From Vicugna vicugna (Eukaryota), in NCBI GenBank assembly GCA_013265495.1, contig MU058836.1:1-64000 (forward strand): a stretch of 64,000 nt of DNA. The letters run 5' to 3'. Below, in pieces: positions 24,965 to 36,000 of the stretch; within the stretch, counting starts at the first letter, position 1, and each line of letters opens with the position of its first letter. The notes under the pieces are model-generated. The model ran no database searches, was not told the DNA's origin, and was given only the letters and a program-made list of their open reading frames with translations. The position numbers and the translations under genes are program-made.

Positions 24965-26599
24965 ATGTTCTGATGCACCCGCAGTGGTCACGGAAGCGGG
25001 AGTCCTGCGGTGCAGACCCCAGACCACCTGACTGACCGAGGTCATGCTTACTTCCTGACCACACCAGGGAGCTCACCTGCGTTTTGGCCTGAAATTGAAG
25101 GTGGCTGGTTCAAGGCCCCTACGAGCATCTGACCTGACGGAGGGAGAGGAGCTTCGGGCCTTGGGCCTGTCAGACAGACACCTTCCCACCAGCTGTGCCC
25201 CTGCTCGCCCTTACGCAGCACTGATGAAAGGCTCGAGGAGTACCAGATGGAACACACCCGAACCTTCCAATCAGGGAAGCTCCTCTCCCCACCGTGCATC
25301 AACTGCATTAAAAAGCCCAATGGCTCTTTTTCAGCTGCTTCCCATCAGCCCACATAACGTCCTTCCTGACACTCCTCTGGGAGAGTCCCATGTCGTCCGT
25401 GTAATAAGACGGAGGAGGGTGCGAATAATTAGAACTTAGATTGTCAACTCGGTCTCTAAAGTCAGTCACACAGAAAATGCGCCAGCTTGACATATGATGC
25501 ACGGTGTCATTTTATGGAAATAAATGATCTAAACTGCTTAGTTTGGGGTAAAAACGTGATAGCATATTTGATGTGCCCCAATCACTCATTTTTACGGGAG
25601 CAGAAGCAATAACACTGATTAAGATGAATTCCTCGGAGCCAATGTCAGTTAACTCAACTTTGGTTGTTCGTGGAATATGATGCATCTAACTTTGGCTTTT
25701 CTTCTCTTCCCATCACCCACCGTCAGAGATGATACATTTAATTTTAAAAGGCACATGTAGACATAAATGCATTTAGGACTAAAGATGCTCAGGTATATGT
25801 AAGCGCAGTGGTCTCTGTATGAAATTGTCATCGAGACACGACTGTATATTGCAAATTCGTTATCGGAATCCTAAATTGATGTACAGAAAACACATAACCA
25901 GACACACACACCTTGACGGAGGTTAAACAGCTCTCCTCCCCTTCTTGTCATAATAACTTCACATAAGGATAGTGCTGTCATTATAAATATTTAGAGGCTT
26001 CTGCATCCTGATAATTGATGGATTGTGAATGTTGGCAAACTCGGAGAATAATTTTTAAATCAGCACAAGCATAGTGTTCAAAGCATTTTCTTGGATTTTC
26101 AGAATGAAAACCAGAACCGTCCTCGATTTCTTAGATGACTGGGAAGCATGAGAGATGCAAATACACCCAGCGCTCTTGTTATTCCTACGTCTCCCTCCAG
26201 TAAACTGAAAACGGTACCTCCCCTCTGTGAATCTGCCACCCTCCACATGCTTGGCCGGGATGCCGTACACCTGCTCAGCGTCTTCCGGAACCCACCGGAG
26301 CATATGGTAAGACTCACATATTGCCTCATCCCAGGATGCCTTGGGAACGCTGGTCACCTGGGCTCTGTTTTCAAGTGGTGTGACAGCAGTTGTGGGAAGC
26401 CCGGAGAATGACAGGCTCTCACTGCTCTTCTTAGCAGTGGGAAAGGAGAGCGAGGGGAACAGAAGGGACACGTTTTCCTATACCCGGCAGCTCTGACTTG
26501 ACTGTTCTGTGAAAGAACACACTGCTCACTGGCTTGCCCCACTGTGAGCAGCTGTGATACAAGGGAAACCCTGTTGTTGTTTTTAAACTGCTAGTCAAT

Positions 26600-27096
26600 T
26601 GTAGTAGGCAAAATTATGGCCCTTAAAGATACCCAACTTCTCATCCCCAGAACGTGTGACCACGTCACCTTCCATGGCCAAGCAGAATTAGGTAGATGGA
26701 CTTAAGGTTGCTAATCATCAGACTTTAACATAGGGATATTATTCTGGATAACCTGGGTGGGGCCAGTGTAATCACAAGGCTCTTTAAATGGGGAAAGGGT
26801 GGCAGGTGTCAGAGTAATGCTGTGTAAGGACATGACCTGATGTTGCTGGCTTTGAAGATGGAGGCAGGGGGGCACTGGGCAAGGAATGTAAGCAGCCTCT
26901 AGAATCTTCAAAGGGCAAGAAACAGATTCTCCCTAGAACCTCCAGAATGGAACAGAGCCCTGCCCACAGCTGGATTTTAGCACAGTGTGACTCACATTGG
27001 AACTCTGAACTACAGAAACGAACGGAATAAACGTGTCTGATTTTGAGCCACTGAGTTTGTGCCTATTTGTCAAAACAGCAGTGAGAAACTGATACA
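26600..27096 (+). mobile_element. MaLR LTR (MLT1D-like), near complete
   Basis: TGTAGTAGGCAAAATTATGGCC...gattctccctagaacctccagaa...gccactgagtttgtg...agaaactgataCA. Confidence 0.85.
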
Positions 27097-27109
27097 TGGA
27101 GTGCTGGCT

Positions 27110-27290
27110 TGAGTTGCGGTTCTCAACTTTGGGGTGCATTCAAATCATCTGGGGAGCTTTTAAAAGTCCTCTGGTGGGGGACACACCTCAGAGCCATCAT
27201 GTCAGAATCTCTGGGAGTGGAACCCCAAGTCACAATTTTATAAACTCCCTGCAGATTCCAATGCACAAGCAAAGTGAAGAAGCAAAGATT
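27110..27290. mobile_element. MER5-type hAT DNA transposon
   Basis: ggttctcaactttgg...atcatctggggagcttttaaaa...tcagaatctctggg. Confidence 0.7.
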
Positions 27291-27889
27291 TAGTGGTTAG
27301 AATCCCAACAGTGTTTTTTTCCTTGAGGGAGTTCAGAGCATTTCGTTTGAAATCCACCCCTTGTCGTGACTCGCTAGGACATGAGTGGGCCATGCCCCCC
27401 TCACTCTGCAGGCAGGACAGCCTCCAGAGCGGGGTTCAAATCCCATTTCTGTGGTCTCAAGATTGAGCCTGGACAGTGTATTTCACTTACACACTAAATG
27501 CACATGTACACATACATATTTGCATCTATAAAAACATACATGTATGTGTATATATGCACAAACTGCCCTTCTATACAATGGGAAGTTGTTTGTGAGATTT
27601 TACTTGTAAAGAGTTTGGCATAGAGTAAATGCCCATAATGGAAGTATTTTAGTTGAAGTACTTGAGAGCTACTAAAGATGGTTTTTTAAATCCTCCTCTG
27701 GCAACATTAAAAAATATGTGTTCATTTGCCTCTTTTATATTTTTCTGGACCTATGCATCTCCAAGAATGTTCTAATGTGGGAGCCATACTTAAATTTGCT
27801 TTATGGAAGTATTTTTTTTAATATTAAAACACTTAGTCATCACCCGTAGGTGAGGCTTGTCTACATGTCTCTGTTTGCTTCCAGGCTCA

Positions 27890-28060
27890 GATTGCCTGCT
27901 GTGACCTCAGGCAGTTTCCATCACCCTGCCTCCAGCCTCCATTTCCATGTTAACAAAATGGGGACCAAATTTCTCCTCTCTCCCATAGCTGTTGTGGGGA
28001 TGAGAGAGAGCAAGTGTGAAGTATCTAGCACAATGCCTGGCCTGCAGTCATGACTTAATG
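27890..28060 (+). mobile_element. MIR SINE
   Basis: ctgtgacctcaggcag...aaaatggg...gttgtggggatga...agcacaatgcctgg. Confidence 0.7.
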
Positions 28061-28898
28061 AAAATTTTACAGTACTGTGGTCAAGTCCAAATCCAGCGAG
28101 TGGGATGGAAGAGTCAAGTGGAAGTTCGGTGGGGGTGAGACGGGGGAGAGAGTTGCTAGGCCTGGTGTCAGCGAAGAGATTCAGGGCAGGACCAGATGTC
28201 CTCATTTTGCAGGTGCCAGCAGGTGTGGCAGAGGTGGGCGCAGCTGTGTGCAGGGGTTTCTGGCCTGAACATGACTCAGAGCCAAGCCTCAGGAGAAGTG
28301 GAGACCTAGGACACCTGGTTGGCTGCACGGACACTTAAGAGTGCACTAGGCCAGCCTGTACCCAAATAACACAGGTGTTTTCCGTTAGCCCTCCCAGCTC
28401 CGTCCTTCATCCCTTGAGGGCAGGGGCTGTGTGACCCACAGCTCTCTGTCATCTGACTCCCCAGCTCAGTTCTGGGCACACAGCAAATGCACAAGAAAAC
28501 CTTGCAGGTTCATCAGCCCACGGGAGTCACCTAAAAATGATTAAGAGAAATGTAACACATTCTGTCCTCCTTTCAGCTGCAGTGAGTGGAAGAAAGTAGT
28601 GTGGTTCTAAGAACCAGGGTGTTAGGCCGGAGTTTGGGTCACAAAATTAGTGTGTGGTGAGCTCAGGCTCACGGTTTGATCTTGGCTGGTTTGCCAGTCT
28701 TTCCTAAGGTCAGTTCGTCGCTTCAGGAGTGATGGAGTGACAGCAGTACCTGCCGTGTCTGTCTCACAAGATTAGTGCCCCGGTCAAGTACAATGAGGGC
28801 AAAGGTTTTCCATACATTTGAAATAAAGTCATAATTTGGGGAAAAGGTCGTATCTAGCTGGGAAGAAAAGAGAAAACGTTTTAAAGAAGCTATCCAAG

Positions 28899-30986
28899 CG
28901 ACATGATACTATATATAGAAAACCCTAAAAGCTCCACACAAAAACTACTAGAGCTGATAAAAGAATTTGGCAAGGTAGCAGGATACAAGATTAACATACA
29001 AAAATCAGTTGCATTTCTTTACACTAACAATGAATTAGCAGGAAAAGAAAGTAAAGAAACAATCCCTTGTAAAATTGCATCCAAAATAATAAAATATTTA
29101 GGAATAAATCTGACTAAGGATATGAAAGACTTATACATGGGGAACTACAAACATTGATTAAGGAAATTAAAGATGACTTAAAGAAATGGAAAGATATCCC
29201 ATGCTCTTGAATTGGAAGAATCAATGTTAAAATGGCCATACTGCCCAAGACAATCTACAAATTTAATGAGATCCCTATCAAATTACCCGGGACACTTTTC
29301 ACAGAAGTAGAACAAATAATCCTAAAATTTATATGGAATCACAAAAGACCCAGAATTCCCAAAACAATATTGAAGAAGAAGAATGAAGCTGGAGGAATAA
29401 CCCTCCCAGACTTCCCACAATACTACAGAGCTATAGTAATCAAAACAGCATAGTATCAGCATTAAAACAGACATATGGATCAATGGAACAGAACAAAGAG
29501 CACACAGATAAACCCACAGACCTATGGTCAATTAATCTTTGACAAAGGAGGCAAGAATACACAATGGAGAACAGACAGTCTCTTCAGCAAGCAGTGCTGG
29601 GAAAGCTGGACAGCAGCATGTAAATCAATGAAGTTAGAATACTCTCTCACACCATACACAAAAATAAACTCAAAATGGCTTAACGACTTAAATATAAGAC
29701 AAGACATATTAAACCTCCTAGAAAACATAGGCAAAACACTCTGGCATAAACCTTAGCAATGTTCTCCCAGGGCAGTCTACCCAAGCAATAGAAATAAAAG
29801 CAAAAATAAATAAATGTTACCTAATTAAACTTACAAGCTTTTGCACAGTAAAGGAAACCATAAGCAAAACAAAAAGACAACCTACAGCATGGGAGAAAAT
29901 ACTTGCAAATGATGCAACTGACAAAGGCTTATTAATTTCTGGAATATATAAACAGCCCATACAACTTAATACTAAAAAAAACAAACAACCCAATTCAAAA
30001 ATGAGCAGAAGACCTAAACAAGCAATTTTCTAATGAATACATACAAATGGCCAATAGGCACATGAAAAAATTCTCAATATCACTAATTATCAGAGAAATG
30101 CAAATCAAAACTACAATGAGGTATCATCTTGCACCAGGCAGAATGGCCATCATTCAAAAGTCCACAAACGATAAATGCTGGAGAGGCTGTGGAGAAAGGG
30201 GAACCCTACTGCACTGCTGGTGGGAATGTAGTTTGGTGCAGCTGTTATGGAAAACAGTATGGAGATTCCTCAAAAAAACTAAAAATAGACTTACCATGTG
30301 ATCCAGCAATCCCACTCCTGGGCATATATCTGGAAAGAACTTTAATTCAAAAAGATACATGCACCCCAGTGTTCACAGCAGCACTATATACAATAGCCAA
30401 GACATGGAAACACCCTAAATGTCCATCAACAGATGACTAGATAAAGCAGCTGTGGTATATTTATAAAATGGAATATTACTCAGCCATAAAAAAGAATAAA
30501 ATAATGTCATTTGCAGCATCATGGATGGACCTAGAGATGGTCATTCTAAGTGAAGTAAGCCAGAAAGAGAAAGGAAAATACCATATATCACTCATACGTG
30601 GAATCTTAAAAAAAAGGCAGGGGGAGCGGGACACTATGAACTCATCTACAAAACAGAATCAGACTCACAGACATAGTAAACAATACCGGGGGAAAGGGAG
30701 TGGGAAGGGATAAATTTGGGACTTTGAGATTTGCAAATGTTAGCCACTATATATATAAATAGATTTTAAAAAAACAAGTTTCTTCTGTATAGCACAGGGA
30801 ACTATATTCAATATCTTATAATAACCTTTAATGAAAAAATATGAAAATGAATATATGTATGTATATGCATGACTGGGACATTGTGCTGTACATCAGAAAT
30901 TGACACACTGTAACTGACTGTACTTCAATTTTTAAAAAAGGGAAGAAGGAGAAGGAGAAAGAAGAAGAAGAAGAAAGAAGAAGAAG
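28899..30986 (+). mobile_element. Lineage-specific L1, 5'-truncated, about 2.1 kb
   Basis: ORF2 peptides ([10 protein letters not shown]...[26 protein letters not shown]), full 3' UTR, TT/AAAG insertion site, TSD aaagaagctatccaag (28883-28898) with a 3' copy at 30987-31011. Confidence 0.95.
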
Positions 30987-31003
30987 AAAGAAGCAGCAGC
31001 AGC
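30941..31003 (+). repeat. (GAA)n/(GCA)n simple repeat derived from the L1 tail and TSD
   Basis: Read directly from the sequence. Confidence 0.85.
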
Positions 31004-34000
31004 TATCCAAGGGTAGTAGCTAGAGAAATTTTAAATTGTTCAGGATTCAGACTCCTGTTTTCCAGATGCAACTGGTAGAAATGTGCTAACAGTGAACACA
31101 TTGGGTGGGGCATAAGCTGTGAAGCTACTCACGCCTGGGCTCAGATCCCAAATCAATCAAATTTGCTCACTTATGTGGAACCTCAGCCAAGACACAATTT
31201 CTCTGACCTTCAGTGTCTTTTTCTATAAACAGGAGAGACAGTCTGGAGATGGTGGTGCTGACTGTTATGAACTTTCACTGCACGCCTCTAACAGTGCCTG
31301 CAGTGTGAAATGTAAGAACTTAGCACCCTCCCCCGTTTCCTGGGGGCTCTGAAGAAGCCCAGTTGTCTAGAGGGCAGGTGATAGTTGGAAGCCTTCTCCT
31401 ACTACAAGGCAATAATTATTTCAGTTATAATTTTAAAGACATTATAGTTATATATAAATTACATATGTTATATGTATATATGTACATACATGCGTTTGTA
31501 TGTATGCATATATGTGCATATCTATAGGCATTCCTACAGTAAAAAAAAATACACAAGACTAATAAACCAAAAGCTCTTATTAATCCCCTTTTTAGAGATG
31601 GGTTTCCTTTTAAAAAAAATCCGTTTTCACCAGTGAAACATGAAGCCGAACTATTGTCCTATCTGACTTCAAGGATCAGACAGCTGGAATTCGCTCCCCT
31701 GAGGCACAGTCAAATCTAAAGCCATCCTCAGGAGGCTCTAGAGAAATGCACTTAGCAGCCCTGGTGATTGTGGGTTGGCAGCCTCTTCCTGGGTTCTAAG
31801 CGGGGCCAGATCAGTTGCCTCCAGCCACCCCAAAAAGGCCCCCCTCTCTCACTCTGCCCTTTACCCTTGCTGGGAACACACCGCTGTGGCATAGAGTCTG
31901 AGAAAGGACACAGGGCCAGGGAGCAAAAGGCAGCAATCCTCAAAGCTCAGCACTTCCTGCTGTGAGCCGTTCGCATAAGGCAGATTATGGAAACTCTGCT
32001 TCTCAACGTCCTCATCCGTGAAATGGGCATGGTCTGAGTTACAGTTATGTCACAGCATTGAATGACATCATGCTTTAACATCTTCATGTATTTCTAAACT
32101 ATGAAACATTATTGTGATGTCCTATTAAAATAAAAATGGAAGAGTTTGGAAAAATGAGAATGGAAAGTACGAGATTGAATTGCTTATTGCTCCCTTCGAA
32201 CCGCATTCCTAATTTCATAAAATCTCCTCGGTTTCATCCTTTGCTGTTGTACAGTATCTACTCACACTGCAGTTGGTAGCTCGGGAATGTTTGTAATGAA
32301 GGCCCTTCATTCAACAGAGATTTATCACGGGACTACAAAGTGCCAGCCCTCATCACACCGGTGAACAGAACAGACAAAAGATCTGCCCCGTGGTGCTCAC
32401 CTGACTTTTGGAAATCCCAGCGCTGGTGACCTGAGAGAGGCCTCTGACACACAGCTGCCCCAGTGGTTTGTTTCCCTCATCTTCTGCCCAACATAATCCT
32501 GGGGCCCAGATCTCTCAAAAATCCACCACGTGGCTTTAGTCCAAGGACAGGCACTTGGCATTTAAGCCAGGCCAGTGTTTGGTGTTCAGAAGTTGGACAG
32601 GAACCATGTGCTGAGTGCCAGTGATGGTGTTTGGGAACGAGTATCTGGGTTTAATTTCCACTGTCTGTCAGAGGGAAGCTTTGATCAGACCCTGCATTTT
32701 TTCACTTCTCCTAAGTGACTAGAGGCTACTACCGGCCATTACCCACTGCCCCCGTGTGAGCTCGGGGCTGGCCATGACATCAGAGATTGATTTACATGAA
32801 CTTCCCCCCGGCCGCCCTGCGTACGCTTCTCTCTCCCAGCTCCAGTGGTGGTACGGCTACTGCCAGGGGCTCAGTGTGGGACTGAATGTGTGTCCCGGAA
32901 GGTACGGGGTGGGAAATGGGGCGGGGGCCCCACACTACTGCAGAAGGAAGCGCAGACCAGGAGTAAGTGACTGCAGCTGGCTCCTAATGGCTTTTCTTCT
33001 CTGCCGTCATTTTCCTTTAAGCCCAAAAGAAACTCTTTGTAATACGTGTTAAAATTATGGTTCAGATTTCTGATGATCAAGTTACATAGATTAAAGTAAT
33101 GGAGACCAGACTCCGCATCAATTCAGGTATAAATATGGATGAAATGAATGTACATTATCCACTGTTATAAATCTGTGTGTTCAAGGAAAGACATAAATCT
33201 CCCAAACCTTTCCTACCTCGGGGTATGAAGGGTTTTTTTTCTTTTTCCCAGTGTTTTCGATGAAATTATGATTTGGAGTAATTTGCTGGTTTTGCAGAAA
33301 CCTCTGGCTTTTTTTTTTTTACAAGAAAGGGTAGAGTGTATTATTTATAATGGCAAGTCATTAAAATGCTCCATCCAGGAAGTCATCACTGCAGAGGGGG
33401 TTGGAGAGGGAAGGGGTAATACGGCATTCCAGATGTGCATGTGTGGAGAAGGGCCATGCGTTTGGAGAAATTTATAGCACCTGGCTCCGCTGCAAAGGGT
33501 TCTTGCCCTGGGGGCATTTCTGTTTTTCCCCCCTCCCCATGGCCCTATCAACACTGTACCGGGAGGGACTCAAAGGCGTCCGTGCGTGATGGACACATGG
33601 CCACAGGATGTTGTGGTCTGGACGGGAAGACAGCGTTCTCGCTCCTGCTAAGCCACAGGGCTGATGAAAGTGTCTGAGCTCCTTGTAGTCTGGGGCCCTC
33701 ACAGGAGCAAGAAGCCTCCTGGTAGGAGGGAAGGAACAGAGCCCAGCGCTCCATGGAAGCACGTACCCCAGCGGGCAGCTGAATAGCTGCACGTTTGGTC
33801 ACCCCAGTTTCCCCTTCTCAGGTTTGCAGTCTATAAAATAAAGATGATGACATGCACTATAAGGCTGGGGTGAGGACCCAGTGAGACTGTGTGTGCAGAC
33901 ACACCGAGCGCCCCTCCTACTCTTCCTGCTGAAACTCCCAACTTGTGGCTTAATTGACTCGCAACCACCATTGTCCCAAATGGAACCGCCTCACAGACCC

Positions 34001-34877
34001 TTAGTCATCCAAGGCCCCTGCTGACCCCACATAGAGGGTCCACTGCTTCTAAAGTCCTGCCTAGTCAATGAAGAGCTTGACAAGGAGGCCCAGCTTCTGC
34101 CTGTGGTATCGGCCCAGTCTCCTTCCTGTGCGCCATCCCAATCAGCTGAATGCCACTTCGTCCTCATTCCAGCCAGCCAGAGGGCACGCTGGGAGAAATG
34201 GGGCACGCCCCTTCCCTGCAGGGCCAACCTGGAAGTGACCAACCTCCCCTCCTGCACATTCTGCTCATCAGAACTTAGGCAAGTGGTCCTACCTAACCCT
34301 GAATAGGGTGGGGAAAAGCATCCTTTACCTGGGTAGCCACGGACCTAGCTCAGTTCCCTTACCACGGAGGAGAGGCATAGGGACACTGGGGGATAATCAG
34401 CCGTCCCTTCTAGGGGTGGGGGGTCACAGGGAGTTGTGCCAGAACGCAAATGGAACCCACATGCTTGAAGGGAGATTTAGGTTCTGCAGGGGTGGAGGAA
34501 GGAAGACTATAACCCGTGGATTGTGAAATGTCTTTATGCCTAGTAATCAGATTAACCAGGATGCAGCTATGTGGCTCACTTTGTTAATGTGCACATTCCA
34601 GAGGCCAAGGTCACTGGGCCTGTCCTACCACAAGTCAAGTCAAGTTTAGTCAAGTTTACGTTCCTCTGCAGCCACAATAAGTCATCCTGTGCCTCCCCAC
34701 TGCCCAAAGTGTTTCACCTCTCGCACAATTCCCACGGCCTGCTGTACAGCTATTGATTCCCAACTGCTGAATGAATGAGTAAATGAATGAACGAATAGAT
34801 GAGTTAGAGTGAAGTAAAGGACAAGTAGAAACTGGGCAAAGAGATGGTAGAGAAGGCACTTCCAAAAACAAAGCCAA

Positions 34878-35050
34878 ATTAAATAAACAACAAGGTCCTA
34901 CTGTATAGAACAGGGAACTATATTCACTATCTTGGAATAACTTATAATGCAAAAGAATATGAAAAAAATATATATATATATAAATTGAATCATATGCTGC
35001 ACATCTGTAACTAACACAACATTGCAAATCAACTGTACGTCAAGAAAAAA
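34878..35050 (+). mobile_element. Short L1 3'-end insertion
   Basis: aaacaacaaggtcctactgtatagaacagggaactatattc...; homologous to the tails at 21.6 and 30.8 kb. Confidence 0.85.
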
Positions 35051-35349
35051 ACAGAATCAAAACCCAAAGCCAAATCATCTCCGCTCACCTGAGCTACCAC
35101 CTCCCTTACTCTTAACAGATGTCCTTGCTTCTCATTTATACAGAGAAAAAAGCAAAAATTCTCTTGTGGCCGCAGCAGCCCAGCACACTTACCAGCCTGC
35201 GTGTCCATCCTTTCTTCCTTCCTTTCTGTTAAGCTGAGGGACGTATCCCACCGGGACCTACCGTTCTTCCCTTCGGCTCCTCGGGGTCTTGTTCCACCAT
35301 GAAGCCACCTCCCAGGCATCTTCACATCACTCCTCCTCTTCCAGCTCCT

Positions 35350-36000
35350 TCAGACTTTACGTGAGTTCATAGTTCTCCCATCTTTAAAAAAAATAAAAAT
35401 TCATTGAAACCCTACCCACAGTCGTACTGACTCCCCCTCCCCTTTCATGGCCACACTTCATGAAGGCGTTGACTAAAGGCACTGTTCCTCCTCCTCTCAC
35501 CCCCACTCCCTTCCCATCCGTCCCACTGAAGCTTGGCTCCCGCCCCTCCCACTGCCCTGACTCTGCTGGTCAGTCACTGAGGGTCTTCCTGCTGCAGTTG
35601 CCAAGGGCGTCCTGTAGTTATTATCTTCACTTGGTCTCTTGGAAGCATTTGACCCTGGTAGTCACTCTCTTTGTAAGAAGCTCCTTCCCATGCTTTCCGT
35701 AAAACACGGCCCACCCTGGTTTCTCTCCCACCAGGATGCTGCTTCTGTGTCTCCCATATATTCTCTTCCCCTGCTCAGCACTGGGGTTTCTCAGGCATCT
35801 GTTCTGGGCTCTCTTTGATTCTCACTCTGCACAGAGATCCTGGGACATCGCGTCCACTGCAATTGTTTCTACACATATATAATCTATATGTGGGTGATAT
35901 CCAAATATGAAGTATTTCCTCTCTCTAGATCTAACTGCTTCCTGTACTTCTCCATTTAGTTATTGTAGAGGCACCTAGAGTACGTCACGTCGAAACTTAG
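35350..36000 (+). mobile_element. L2 LINE fragment
   Basis: Pyrimidine-rich sense L2 text (agcatttgaccctgg...cactctctttg...ctcactctgcac). Confidence 0.6.
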
